The position numbers and the translations under genes were made by a program. Shown here piece after piece: positions 54,400 to 64,000 of a DNA stretch of 64,000 nt (its first letter is position 1; each line of letters begins with the position of its first letter). A model generated the notes under the pieces. It searched no databases and was not told where the DNA came from. It saw nothing but the letters and a program-made list of their open reading frames with translations. The DNA lies in assembly GCF_001194135.2 (NCBI RefSeq), contig NC_068984.1, forward strand, positions 29,069,681 through 29,133,680. Direction: 5' to 3'. This DNA comes from Octopus bimaculoides (Eukaryota).

Positions 54400-54960
54400 A
54401 TGTACCTTTGGATCATAGGGCGATATGTCATGCCTGAGGAAACCTATTGAGTCAAGAACATCAACATCAAAATTGAAGCACACCACAATCAAATGGAAAT
54501 TGTAGCTGTGACTGATGCCAGCATCTGTGTTGGTGGCACGTAAAAAGCACCATCCAAACATGGTCGATTCCAGCCCCCTTGCCCCAACTGGCTCCTGTGC
54601 CAGTGGCATGTAAAAAGCACCATCCAAACATGGCTGATGCCAGCACTGCCTTGACTGGCTCCCATGCCGATGGCATGTAAAAGCACCATCCAAACGTGGC
54701 CGATGCCAGCCACCTCTGGCTCCTGTGCTGGTGGCACGTAAAAGCACCATCCAAACGTGGTTGATGCCTGGCCCCTGTGCCGGTGGCATGTAAAAAGCAC
54801 CCACTACACTCTCGGAGTGGTTGGCGTTAAGAAAGGCATCCAGCTGTAAAAGCACTGCCAAATCAGATTGGAGCTTGGTACAGCCTCCTGGCTTCCCAGA
54901 CCCCCAGTCGAACCGTCCAACCCATGCCAGCATGGAAAACGGTCAATAAACAAAGATGAG
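54400..54960 (+). mobile_element. RTE LINE 3' UTR with five tandem GTGCCGGTGGCACGTAAAAAGCACC modules
   Basis: Direct reading; the 3' end is homologous to 43680-43860. Confidence 0.9.
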
Positions 54961-54995
54961 GATATCATTTTCAATAATATCTATACAATAGTTTC

Positions 54996-55554
54996 GGATC
55001 TTTTTTAAAACGGGGGCCACATTTTTCATTAACGAAACACTTTGAAACTTGGAACACTGGTAGAATGTGTCATATAAAACATCTTTTTCTCTTAGTCTCC
55101 TTTAAAAAAAAAGAAATCCCTAAGTTATTCCATGTTAAAGTTGTCGTATTTCTGTAATTTCAACCAATCACTGACGTCCATTCAGCCGATATACATTAAG
55201 TGCCGACTACATAAACAAACGATTCTGAAACAATTCTATCGGTGATAGGGTGAGGGTTAGGGTAAAACAGCAAATTTAAAAAGAAAAAAGCAAAATGAAG
55301 CTATGGAAATTAAATACGCTTTACACCGCTTAATCAGCCAAAGGAGTAAATATAAACAACTGAATACTTGTCAGTGATTGGTTGAAATTATCGAAATAAG
55401 ACAATTTTTTACATGAAATAAATTTGAATACAAAAATATTTTTCTGTTCTATAACACAAAATAGATAAGTATACGAAGTTTGAAAGTCTTTTGGTACCAA
55501 AAACATTACGTAAAACATTAATGAAAAATGTGGCCCCCGTTTTAAAAAAGATCC
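54996..55554. mobile_element. MITE with 37-bp near-perfect TIRs, long imperfect inner IRs and an 8-bp TSD
   Basis: GGATCTTTTTTAAAACGGGGGCCACATTTTTCATTAA / TTAATGAAAAATGTGGCCCCCGTTTTAAAAAAGATCC; TSD ATAGTTTC (54988-54995) / ATAGCTTC (55555-55562). Confidence 0.92.
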
Positions 55555-56449
55555 ATAGCTTCTACCTTACAAAGATAAATGAATGATCTTAACATACTGT
55601 TTTCTAACAAAATATATTAAACTTTTAAACATAATATTTCAAATAATTAAATAACTGAAAACCTCTATGCCAAAGGCCAAAATAATGGTAAGAACTAAGA
55701 CACTTAGTAAATTTTAACTAAAAACATTGCCCGAAACTGTTTTCTCAATAATGCTATCTTATATTTTTAATGTCTTCAGTAGATGATAAAACAATATTAT
55801 AGCCACAATTTGTGATGAGCCACAATTCATGGATATTAACATCCTCAATGATGACCAAAATTTTTCAGTTCTCTAATCAAAAGCTTCTAAACACCATTAA
55901 ATATAAAATCAAGTAGCTTTGTTTCATGCAAAAATACGCATTATGTTTGAACGAAATGCTACTGTAAAATGACCAATATGGCCTCAGAAATCAATACTTA
56001 AACAAAATCAAATGTAAAACAAAAATTACACTACATGATGGTTCAAGTTTTTCCTTCACTAAAATCCATGTGTAATTAAATCTGGTTATATATTTTCTAA
56101 CTTAATAATCTGATTTTTTTTTCTCCAAAAACAAAGAGCACAAAGTAGGTTTTTGTATTTGTTTTGAAAAATGATTAGATATATATTCAAACTTCTAATA
56201 ATGATCACATTGATAAACATAGCAATAGAAAGAAAAGTCTTATGAGAGACATTAAGTAGAGATTTAGTTAACTAAATGTCACATTATATCAGGATCTAAG
56301 GAATGTTTGTCAAAAGAACAAATAATAATTCCATTTTTTTCATGAAAGAGGACAACATTTTCAAATAAACAACTATGTTTACAACCATTTCATTTCACTC
56401 TTAACATTTCAGAAATCTATTACTCACTCATCACCATACAAAAGCCGTT

Positions 56450-56485
<36 letters not shown>

Positions 56486-57504
56486 GTGTGCATGCGCATG
56501 TGTGTGTGTGTGAATACACTCATGTTGTTTTTGCATATTAACATTATTGCTATTATCATCAATAGATAAAATAAGCATAATGTCATTTGATATTTCAAAT
56601 AACAGCAAAATAGGTAACAGATAATACATGAAATGTTGAGGATAAGAAATAAAAAAAATAAAAAATCAGTCATTATACTGCTTACACAATTTTTTTCTTT
56701 TATTTGTTATACTATTTGTTGTTACAAGCAAAAATTAGGTAAAAAAAATACAATGATTAAGGAAATACTTCTCCCACATCTCCAAAGGAAATTTCAAAAA
56801 TATGCAAACAAGTAGAAACATAAAAAATTATTTTGCCAATTAATATCTCAATATAATCCAAATATAAACTTGACATTTCCATACAGTGTTTTCAGAGCTA
56901 ATTATTGGTAAACAAGAAATGCATATATGTGTGTGTGTGTGTGTGTGTGCGTGTGTGTGTGTGTGTAGATATATAAAACCAAAATATTTACCCAAATAGT
57001 AGTTTGTATTACAGGCACATATGTTACAGTATTCCTACAAGCTGGCTATCAAGTTATTAGTTAAAGCAACAGTTTCATAGTCTTTGTTTGCATAGACTTA
57101 AATTATTCTCATTCAAAAATATGTTAGTTATCTCTGTTTAAACTGCTTAAAGTAGTTAATTTCAAAGAAATGTGTGTCTTGCATGGATATTTACTTCAAA
57201 TGCAAGCAAGAAGGAAATGGAACCAGATAACAGAAGTAAAAAGAAAATGATTGAAGAATGTAACTAACAAATATATTACTACACACACACACACACAAAG
57301 TGAACAAGTCAAAGTAGCACTTGACATATTTGGTTGGAGTTATATTCAATAAGTTTGACCCAGCTGCACATTCCACAAGATCTCATAGGTACAAAACTTT
57401 TTCTTAACATCAGATGTTTGAAGACAGAATATCTGATGAGATGCAAGTGTCCTACCCATGAAACCTTAAGAGATATGGATACGAGTCAATTTATAAAGTA
57501 TACA

Positions 57505-57590
57505 TATAAACATACACATTCATATAAATACAGATATAAATATAAACATACACATTCATATAAATACAGATATAAATATAAACATACAGA
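57505..57590. repeat. 36-bp minisatellite x2.3
   Basis: TATAAACATACACATTCATATAAATACAGATATAAA at 57505 and 57541. Confidence 0.93.
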
Positions 57591-57624
57591 AATATATAAG
57601 ACATATATATATATATATATATAT

Positions 57625-57817
57625 ACTACACTCTCAGAGTGTAACTACACTCTTAGAGTGGTTGGCGTTAGGAAGGGCATCCAGCTGTAGAAACTCTGCC
57701 AAATCAGATTGGAGCCTGGTGTAGCCATCCGGTTTCACCACTCCTCAGTCAAATCGTCCAACCCATGCTAGCATGGAAAGCGGACGTTAAACGATGATGA
57801 TGATGATGATGATGATG
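57625..57817 (+). mobile_element. Short, young RTE 3' end with (GAT)n tail
   Basis: Near-identical to 43715-43893. Confidence 0.92.
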
Positions 57818-58755
57818 ACATCACACAATCACACACACACATATAATCACTTACTATGGACCCTCAGATTTTTCTAGGTATTATGGCTAAAATATGCAAT
57901 GTGATACACCGTTTTGTAGTACCAGTATATTCTATAAACTGAGAAAGATGCAGTCATTGTTTCATCTTTCAGATGCATGCACAAATAGATAATTTTGCAT
58001 AGGTGGAATGATTAGATGAGGTCTTCATGGTCATTTTAAGACCAAAACCAGCTTCATAACTTCATTCCTTGTTGAGATATTGCATTCTGAATGTTGCAGA
58101 GCTTTGACTGTTTTTCTCAGTTTTTAAGTTGTGGCGCTTACGACAATCTGTTACTAAATGCCTGAAATGAGGGTTTAACATTTCAAATTATGCCTTTTAT
58201 CAAAGAGAAGAAAAAGTAATTAGAGACACGAGAAAAGGATTAGTTACTATACCAACATATCTTCCTATAATTTCAGGTTTAGCATAAAAATGAAGTTGGC
58301 AGGGACTGATAGGACTGGAAGCAAGGACAGTCAGGATCATAGTGAGAGTAAGAGGAGAGAAGAGAGAGAGAAGCAAGAAAGGAAAGAATAAGTGAGGAGA
58401 GAGAAATGAAAGCAAGAAAGATATTATAAACATAAATTATTGGAACTGCAAAACATGAAAATTCTTCACATAAATAGCAGTACATCCAGTAAAAAATAAA
58501 TCCAATTTTCCGCATTATGAAAGTAAACCAAGGCACCAAAATTTTAAATATAATGATAATGACAAGAAATTACACAGAGCCCTTCTTGCATTCAAAACAG
58601 TAATAATAACCTCTTCTAAGACAACATTAAGACATTGGACTTCTGAAATGGTTTGAAATGAAACTTGAAGGACCAGCTAATAACATGTGAAAAGGGGAGG
58701 AATAGAGCAGTCATGTTTACAATAGCACAAATATAATAGATTTGTTCCTATATAC

Positions 58756-58756
<1 letters not shown>

Positions 58757-58794
<38 letters not shown>

Positions 58795-58920
58795 GTGAGT
58801 GAGTGAGTGAGTGAGTGAGTGAGTGAGTGAGTGAGNNNNNNNNNNGTGTGTGTGTGTGTGCGTGTGCGTGTGCGTGTGCGTGTGCGTGCGCGTGCGCGTG
58901 CGTGTGTGTGTGTGTGTGTG
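58757..58920. repeat. Compound (GA)/(GAGT)/(GT)/(GCGT) microsatellite with a 10-N gap
   Basis: Direct reading. Confidence 0.93.
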
Positions 58921-59944
58921 AATATATATAAAATACAATCTGATATATTGTTACATCTTTACAAAAGGAAGTATTAAAAATTAGCCCTGAATTATTATAT
59001 CATTCTTTGAGACATAACTTCTGTAATTTTGGTCACAATTAGCAAAATAGCCAACAGTGAAAATGATTACTATAGATGAAAAGGAAAATTTGATTCTATT
59101 ATCAAGATAAACTTGAGAAAATAATTAGAAGATTGTAGTAGCGGATATTCACATATATGCTTTCAATTTTCTGACATTTGCATTATTTTGTTTAGAGAGT
59201 GTAGCTAAGATATCTTAAGCAACAGAACCTAAAACTCTTGTATATAATGCATCTAATTTTACTATTCTAGGTTGCTATAAATTTCTTAGCACTTGCAGAT
59301 AAACACCTGTACTCAACTAGAACCACTTTATTTTAAATATTTTAATTTTCTTCTGATGAAATAATTTCCTTTCCAGGTCATTCATACAACATTGAGATAC
59401 TTGTCAAATTTGTTTGAAAAAAATTCCCATGTCAGAATTTGGCTTCAAAGAAATTTAGTCTTTAAACCAACACATAGTAGCTTAAAAATTACAAGTTCAA
59501 TCCGTGTAAGATTTAAACATTTAGATATTTTCCATACATGGGAAAAAATGTTATTGTATAATATTAGAAGACAACTTTAAAACTATTTATTGGCAGATCT
59601 ATCAGCTAGTATCACAAGAATTTAATACTGTAAAGTAATGCACATTTCTTTATTTGCTGCAATATAATCAGCTTCAACATAAGTTCGAGACACACTTGAT
59701 GATAAATGAGTTAGCACAATCTAAGATATCCAGTAGTTCAACATTAAACTTGCCAACAAAAGAATTCTTCTAACAAAATTGTTCTATTTACTTCAGCATT
59801 ATAGTATGAGGTGGTTAATTTTTCAAATTTGAACAGTTCCAGCATACCAGCTACAGCTTAAAACACTTCCTAACTATACTCAAATAAGAAATGTGAGTTG
59901 CTTTAGCTTCTACTTACTAAAATAAAATGAATAAAAATACTAGT

Positions 59945-60418
59945 TTCAAATTTCAGCACAAGGCCATCAGTTTTGTGGGATAAGTGCTCAACTGGTACTT
60001 ATTTTATCAACCCCGAACAATGAAAGCTGTGGTATGACGTCAGTGACTGGGGAGCTGACCAGAAGGGCGAGTTGACCGGAAGAGGAAGAAGGGCAGATGG
60101 AGCCTCGATCAGGATTCATGCCCTTTTCGAACGGGGTCGTGGTCAGGAGGACATGCTAAGTGATGGTCTAGGTTTGGGAAAAGCAGCTGCTATTCCTAGT
60201 GTTCTTCGGGTCGGGGCAAGCTTTGAGGATCGGATACCAAAAGACAGACTCGCAGTCGACGAAAGGAAAACCAAGTTAAGGCGATTACATCTACTCGCAC
60301 GCATACACCACAAAAGCAAAGCCAACTTTGGCAGAATTTGAACTTGGAATGTAAAGACAGGTGACATACCACTAAGCATTTTGTCCAACATGCTAACTCT
60401 TCTGCCAGCTCACTGCCT
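59945..60418 (-). mobile_element. Family A SINE interrupted by a solo LTR
   Basis: SINE sequence resumes in register (TGAAAGC|AAAGCCAACTTTGGCAGAATTTGAAC) after the insert is removed. Confidence 0.88.
60028..60312. mobile_element. Solo LTR (285 bp), TG...CA ends, 5-bp TSD AAAGC
   Basis: Starts TGTGGTATG and ends CATACACCACA; AAAGC at 60023-60027 and 60313-60317; GC- and CpG-rich relative to the flanks. Confidence 0.88.
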
Positions 60419-60584
60419 TAATGAATATAAATATTAAAAAATGAAATAAGCCCAACTTAATGCCAAGTTTAGAATAGAGATTAACTCAAACCTTTTGAAT
60501 TAATGATTTAGTATGCTAATCTCTTTACCAGAAATATGAGAAAACAGCTGGTAACTATTTCACTGTCACAGTGCAAATAGAGTG

Positions 60585-60835
60585 TGAATAGTTGCAAGCA
60601 TAGCTTTATGGTTAAGAAGTTCGCAACCACATGGTTTCAAGCTTAATCCCACTATGTGGTACCTTAGACAAATGACTTCTATTATAGGCCATCACATGGG
60701 GGGGGGGGCAATGTTAATTTGTTGGAGACAGGTGGGGATTGACAACAGAAAGGGCATTGCACCCCAGAAAACTGCCTCAACAAATCCCAGCCGAGCCACA
60801 TAATCATGTGAAGAAAAAGAAGAAGAAGAAGAAGT
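60585..60835 (+). mobile_element. Degraded composite SINE: B head + poly-G linker + RTE-type tail
   Basis: TGGTTAAGAAGTTCGCAACCACATGG..GTGGTACCTTAGACAAATGACTT, then ACAGAAAGGGCATT..AAAACTGCC..(GAA)n. Confidence 0.6.
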
Positions 60836-61065
60836 CAAGCTTACAATATATATAGATTTTTTATGATTTAAAAACAGGTTATCTGAAGAGATGAGGATAA
60901 AATACTGGATGAAATTATCATCACAAACTCACTGATTCACTTTGCAGCTGTAGAACCATTATATTAAACAATAAGACAAGAGAACAACATGCAGGTACAA
61001 CCAACTAGCAACTTTATAGGATGATTTTTTTAAAATATTAACAATTTCTGGAAATTTGAAAGCCA

Positions 61066-61270
61066 GGCAGTAGAATTGTAGAATCATCAGAGTATCTGAT
61101 AAAATGCTTTGCCATATTTGTTCTGGCACTTAACATCCTGAGTTTATATCCCTCTAAGATTAGCCTTCCCTTTCAACGTTCAGGGATCAATAAGTATCTG
61201 TGAAGTACTAGGGTTGATATAACTGTTACCTTCTTTCCAAATTTCAGGCCTTGTGCTTGTGTAAGAAATC
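61066..61270 (+). mobile_element. Degraded family A SINE
   Basis: TTAGCCTTCCCTTTCAACGTTCAGGGATCAATAAGTA..AAATTTCAGGCCTTGTG. Confidence 0.7.
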
Positions 61271-62699
61271 AATATTTTTCAGTTCACCACAGATGATAAT
61301 GATAGCTAAATATTTGTAATGTTTAGCTTCAGACATATTTTTTTCGTATTCTTTTTCAAGCATTGTTGGGTTCTGCATACCAGTTACTTAACTGAAAACG
61401 ATATAGCTACGAAAAGAAATTAAAGGGATTTCGGTTTCATTTTATTCTTTAACTGAAAGGCTTGATGATGTCAATGTAGGCTTTTAAAATATAAAACTAC
61501 AGTAAAAATAAATAACTTTAAATTAATACCAACCACATTTCTCTTTAATATGATCATCTGCATATATACATGTATGTTAACAGATAGAATCACACACAAA
61601 CTTATTTTTATAAAAAGGTACAAGTGAACACACTATTGATTATTTGGGTACTGGTGCAATCTATTTACCAGTAGGAAAAAAAGAAAACGAATAAATAAAA
61701 AAGCTTTCTTAAAATATTTTGCAATAAATCTCAGTTCTCTTGGAGATTTCCTGAACATTAAATCAGAGTTCAATAACAGAAATTGGAATCGTATTTTTTA
61801 TTTTTTTCCTTTTTCTTCCTTTCTTTTCCATTATCTGTTTCACTTTCATTGTATATAATATTTCTACATTTTCAAACAAGCCAAAAAGGATAACATTCTC
61901 CAATTTCCTTGGCAGCAACTTTTTTTTATATAAAACCCATTAAAAAGAATGAATAATGACAACTAATTGTTTTATGTGTATTTTCCAAAATTCAAGATGT
62001 AAAATACATAATATAATAAAGATTTACATTTGAGTATATATTCTTTTTTGCCACATTATACTGCATCAAAAGAAAATTTAAAAGAGAATGTTAATTCTTT
62101 ATCACCAACTAGATTGTAAATAGATATTTAAACATATTTTAAAGTAAAAGAGATAGGGATGACATCAGTGCAACAGGAAATGATCAGGAGAATTGGATAA
62201 TGAAGTCTAACAAGTAACGGTAAATGGAACTTGATGGAAGTCAAACTGCTCTTTAGACATAAGCCTGGTATATTGAAAGCAATATGACAAAGTATTTGGA
62301 GATGGTGCTAATACATATCTGAGAAACTACTGAAAGTTTCGAGTTTATCTGGCTTTTTAGTTACTGGATCCTGCACATCTCTACTGTTGCTATCACTGTA
62401 ACTTCCATGCATACCACAAGGATTCTAATATTTCAAAATTTACACAAAATACCTCTAGAAAGAAACTGATAGAATGTACAGCCTAGTGCTCAGCAAATTC
62501 ATGTTAAGTTGGATCATTCATCAGCTTTCATATAACCACATGATTATTAGAAGAAACATATTATTATATACTAGAAGAATTTTAAAAAGGCAGAGCTGGC
62601 AGATGATTTGTTGACAGAAAATCATTGGTTGTTGCTCAGCTGAACTGGAAACAACTGTAACCCACTGCACAGTGAAGATTATAAATAATTACGATGACA

Positions 62700-62850
62700 C
62701 ACAATAGATGTCCATCAGTTTCTGTCTACCAAATTTGCTCACGAAGCATTAGTTAGCCTGAGGCAATAATAGTAGACACTTGCCCAAGATGATGTGCAGT
62801 GGGACTGAACCTGAAGCCACATAATTGTGAAACTAAATACTTAACTACAT
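62700..62850 (-). mobile_element. Degraded family B SINE head
   Basis: CAGTTTCTGTCTACCAAAT..GACACTTGCCCAAGATG..GTGGGACTGAACC. Confidence 0.8.
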
Positions 62851-63818
62851 CGTCAAAGTAATTGAAACTGAAAATCAAAACTAAATTGTTGGTTTTACTA
62901 ACCAAAGATTTTATGTTACATGGAGTTTATAAATGGATCTGCAGCTGGTCTACTGTAATTAATTATAATGAAAATAATGTCATTGCATATAAATCTATTG
63001 TACATTTACTGTCAAAACTTGTAGGTCTCATGCATTGATGTGAACATACAAGACTAATCTTACTTAATAAACTGACAGCCTATCAACAATAACCGAATTG
63101 AAAATAAAAACAAATAATTGTTAAAATCTACTCAAAATAACGAAAACATATAGAAAGTATTGAATATAAACGATCATTGATTATGAAAATAAAGTGAGTT
63201 CTGTCATTCATTATTCTCAAAACTTTGTAAAAAAAAAATTAATTATTCACATAATATAGCTTACAGTATTAAAAAAAAAAGATGCTTAAATATTTTGAAT
63301 GGAGTAGGTGTATTGTGGAATCACGTTTTGAATTATTGATATGAAGAGCTTCTAACCAAAGAACAAAATGGCAAAATCTAAGAACTTATTTGAAAACAAA
63401 AATGAAATCAATAGTAATAAGAATCACGTTCACAATACACACCACTTAGATATATCAATCATCATAAATTGATGCTTATAATAACACTAACAGTATTACA
63501 AATACTTATTACCATTGCAGCATAACCCTTAACAGGTGCTCAGTTCAAGTTATTTTCCTTCTGACAAAGATATCAGATATTTTGTGTATTTTTAACTTCT
63601 TATGTAACATAGTTTCAAATAACAGCACTTTCGACATTCTTCCAAGGAATCTGGGGCTCTTAGCTTCCTTTTGCCGAAGTTGCAATGATAATTTGTAATA
63701 AAAATGAATAAGGAATAACCCGTTTCACTCGTTCATGTCTTCGTTGCATTGTCTGTCTGCATGTTCAGCATCCTTGTCTCCTCTTAGTATTTTTTCATAT
63801 TTTTTATAACATAGAAAA

Positions 63819-63985
63819 CAGGAGAGTGAGGTCATGCCAATACAGTCGTCAATATAACGACCATATAGTTTGGGAGTGGGACCAGTGAAACTTGAGAATA
63901 TTTGGGCCTCAGCGTAGCTAACAAACAGGTTTGCATAGTTGGGGCCCATTCTCGTTCCCATGGCCACTCTCGAGACATGCTGGTA
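63819..63985 (-). pseudogene. Penelope-like reverse transcriptase core fragment
   Basis: YQHVSRVAMGTRMGPNYANLFV..EAQIF..PKLYGRYIDDCIG: contains the GxxMG..P.YANLF and RYIDD motifs; open but only ~55 codons. Confidence 0.88.
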
Positions 63986-64000
63986 AAAATCATATATATA

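Noticed and set aside
54510-54810. CRISPR-like repeat/spacer appearance
   Set aside because: Eukaryotic context, the spacers are homologous to each other, it is embedded in an RTE 3' UTR, and there are no cas genes.
57860-57943. Minus-strand CTTTCTCAG...GTAAGT unit
   Set aside because: All three frames contain stops; a non-coding exon cannot be supported without RNA data.
60072-60391. ORFs in the GC-rich island
   Set aside because: They lie within the solo LTR and SINE and stay open because of the higher GC.

Overview
AT-rich, repeat-dense eukaryotic DNA with N-gaps at 11063-11981, 50500-51378 and 58836-58845. The SINE/LINE families and microsatellite load look like a coleoid cephalopod, probably Octopus (recognised from memory, not database-verified). 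I find no supportable intact host gene, rRNA, functional tRNA or CRISPR array. Almost all ORF-track entries are microsatellite, low-complexity or N-gap artefacts. The window reads as intergenic or deep-intronic DNA full of mobile-element remains: a mariner deletion derivative with TIRs, a both-ends-intact non-autonomous Helitron, piggyBac-, hAT- and long-TIR MITEs, RTE, R4/Dong, HERO and Penelope-like retroelement fragments, at least three tRNA-derived SINE families, and a GC-rich solo LTR nested in a SINE. Other notable structure: a modular SINE whose microsatellite linker is both a tail-swap point and a site of nested insertions, four near-perfect long palindromes, tandem hairpin modules in the RTE 3' UTR, and one strong orphan exon or recursive-splice candidate on the minus strand. 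I do not see evidence for a wholly new biological system. Most repeat boundaries are approximate to about 10 bp unless a TSD or TIR is quoted.
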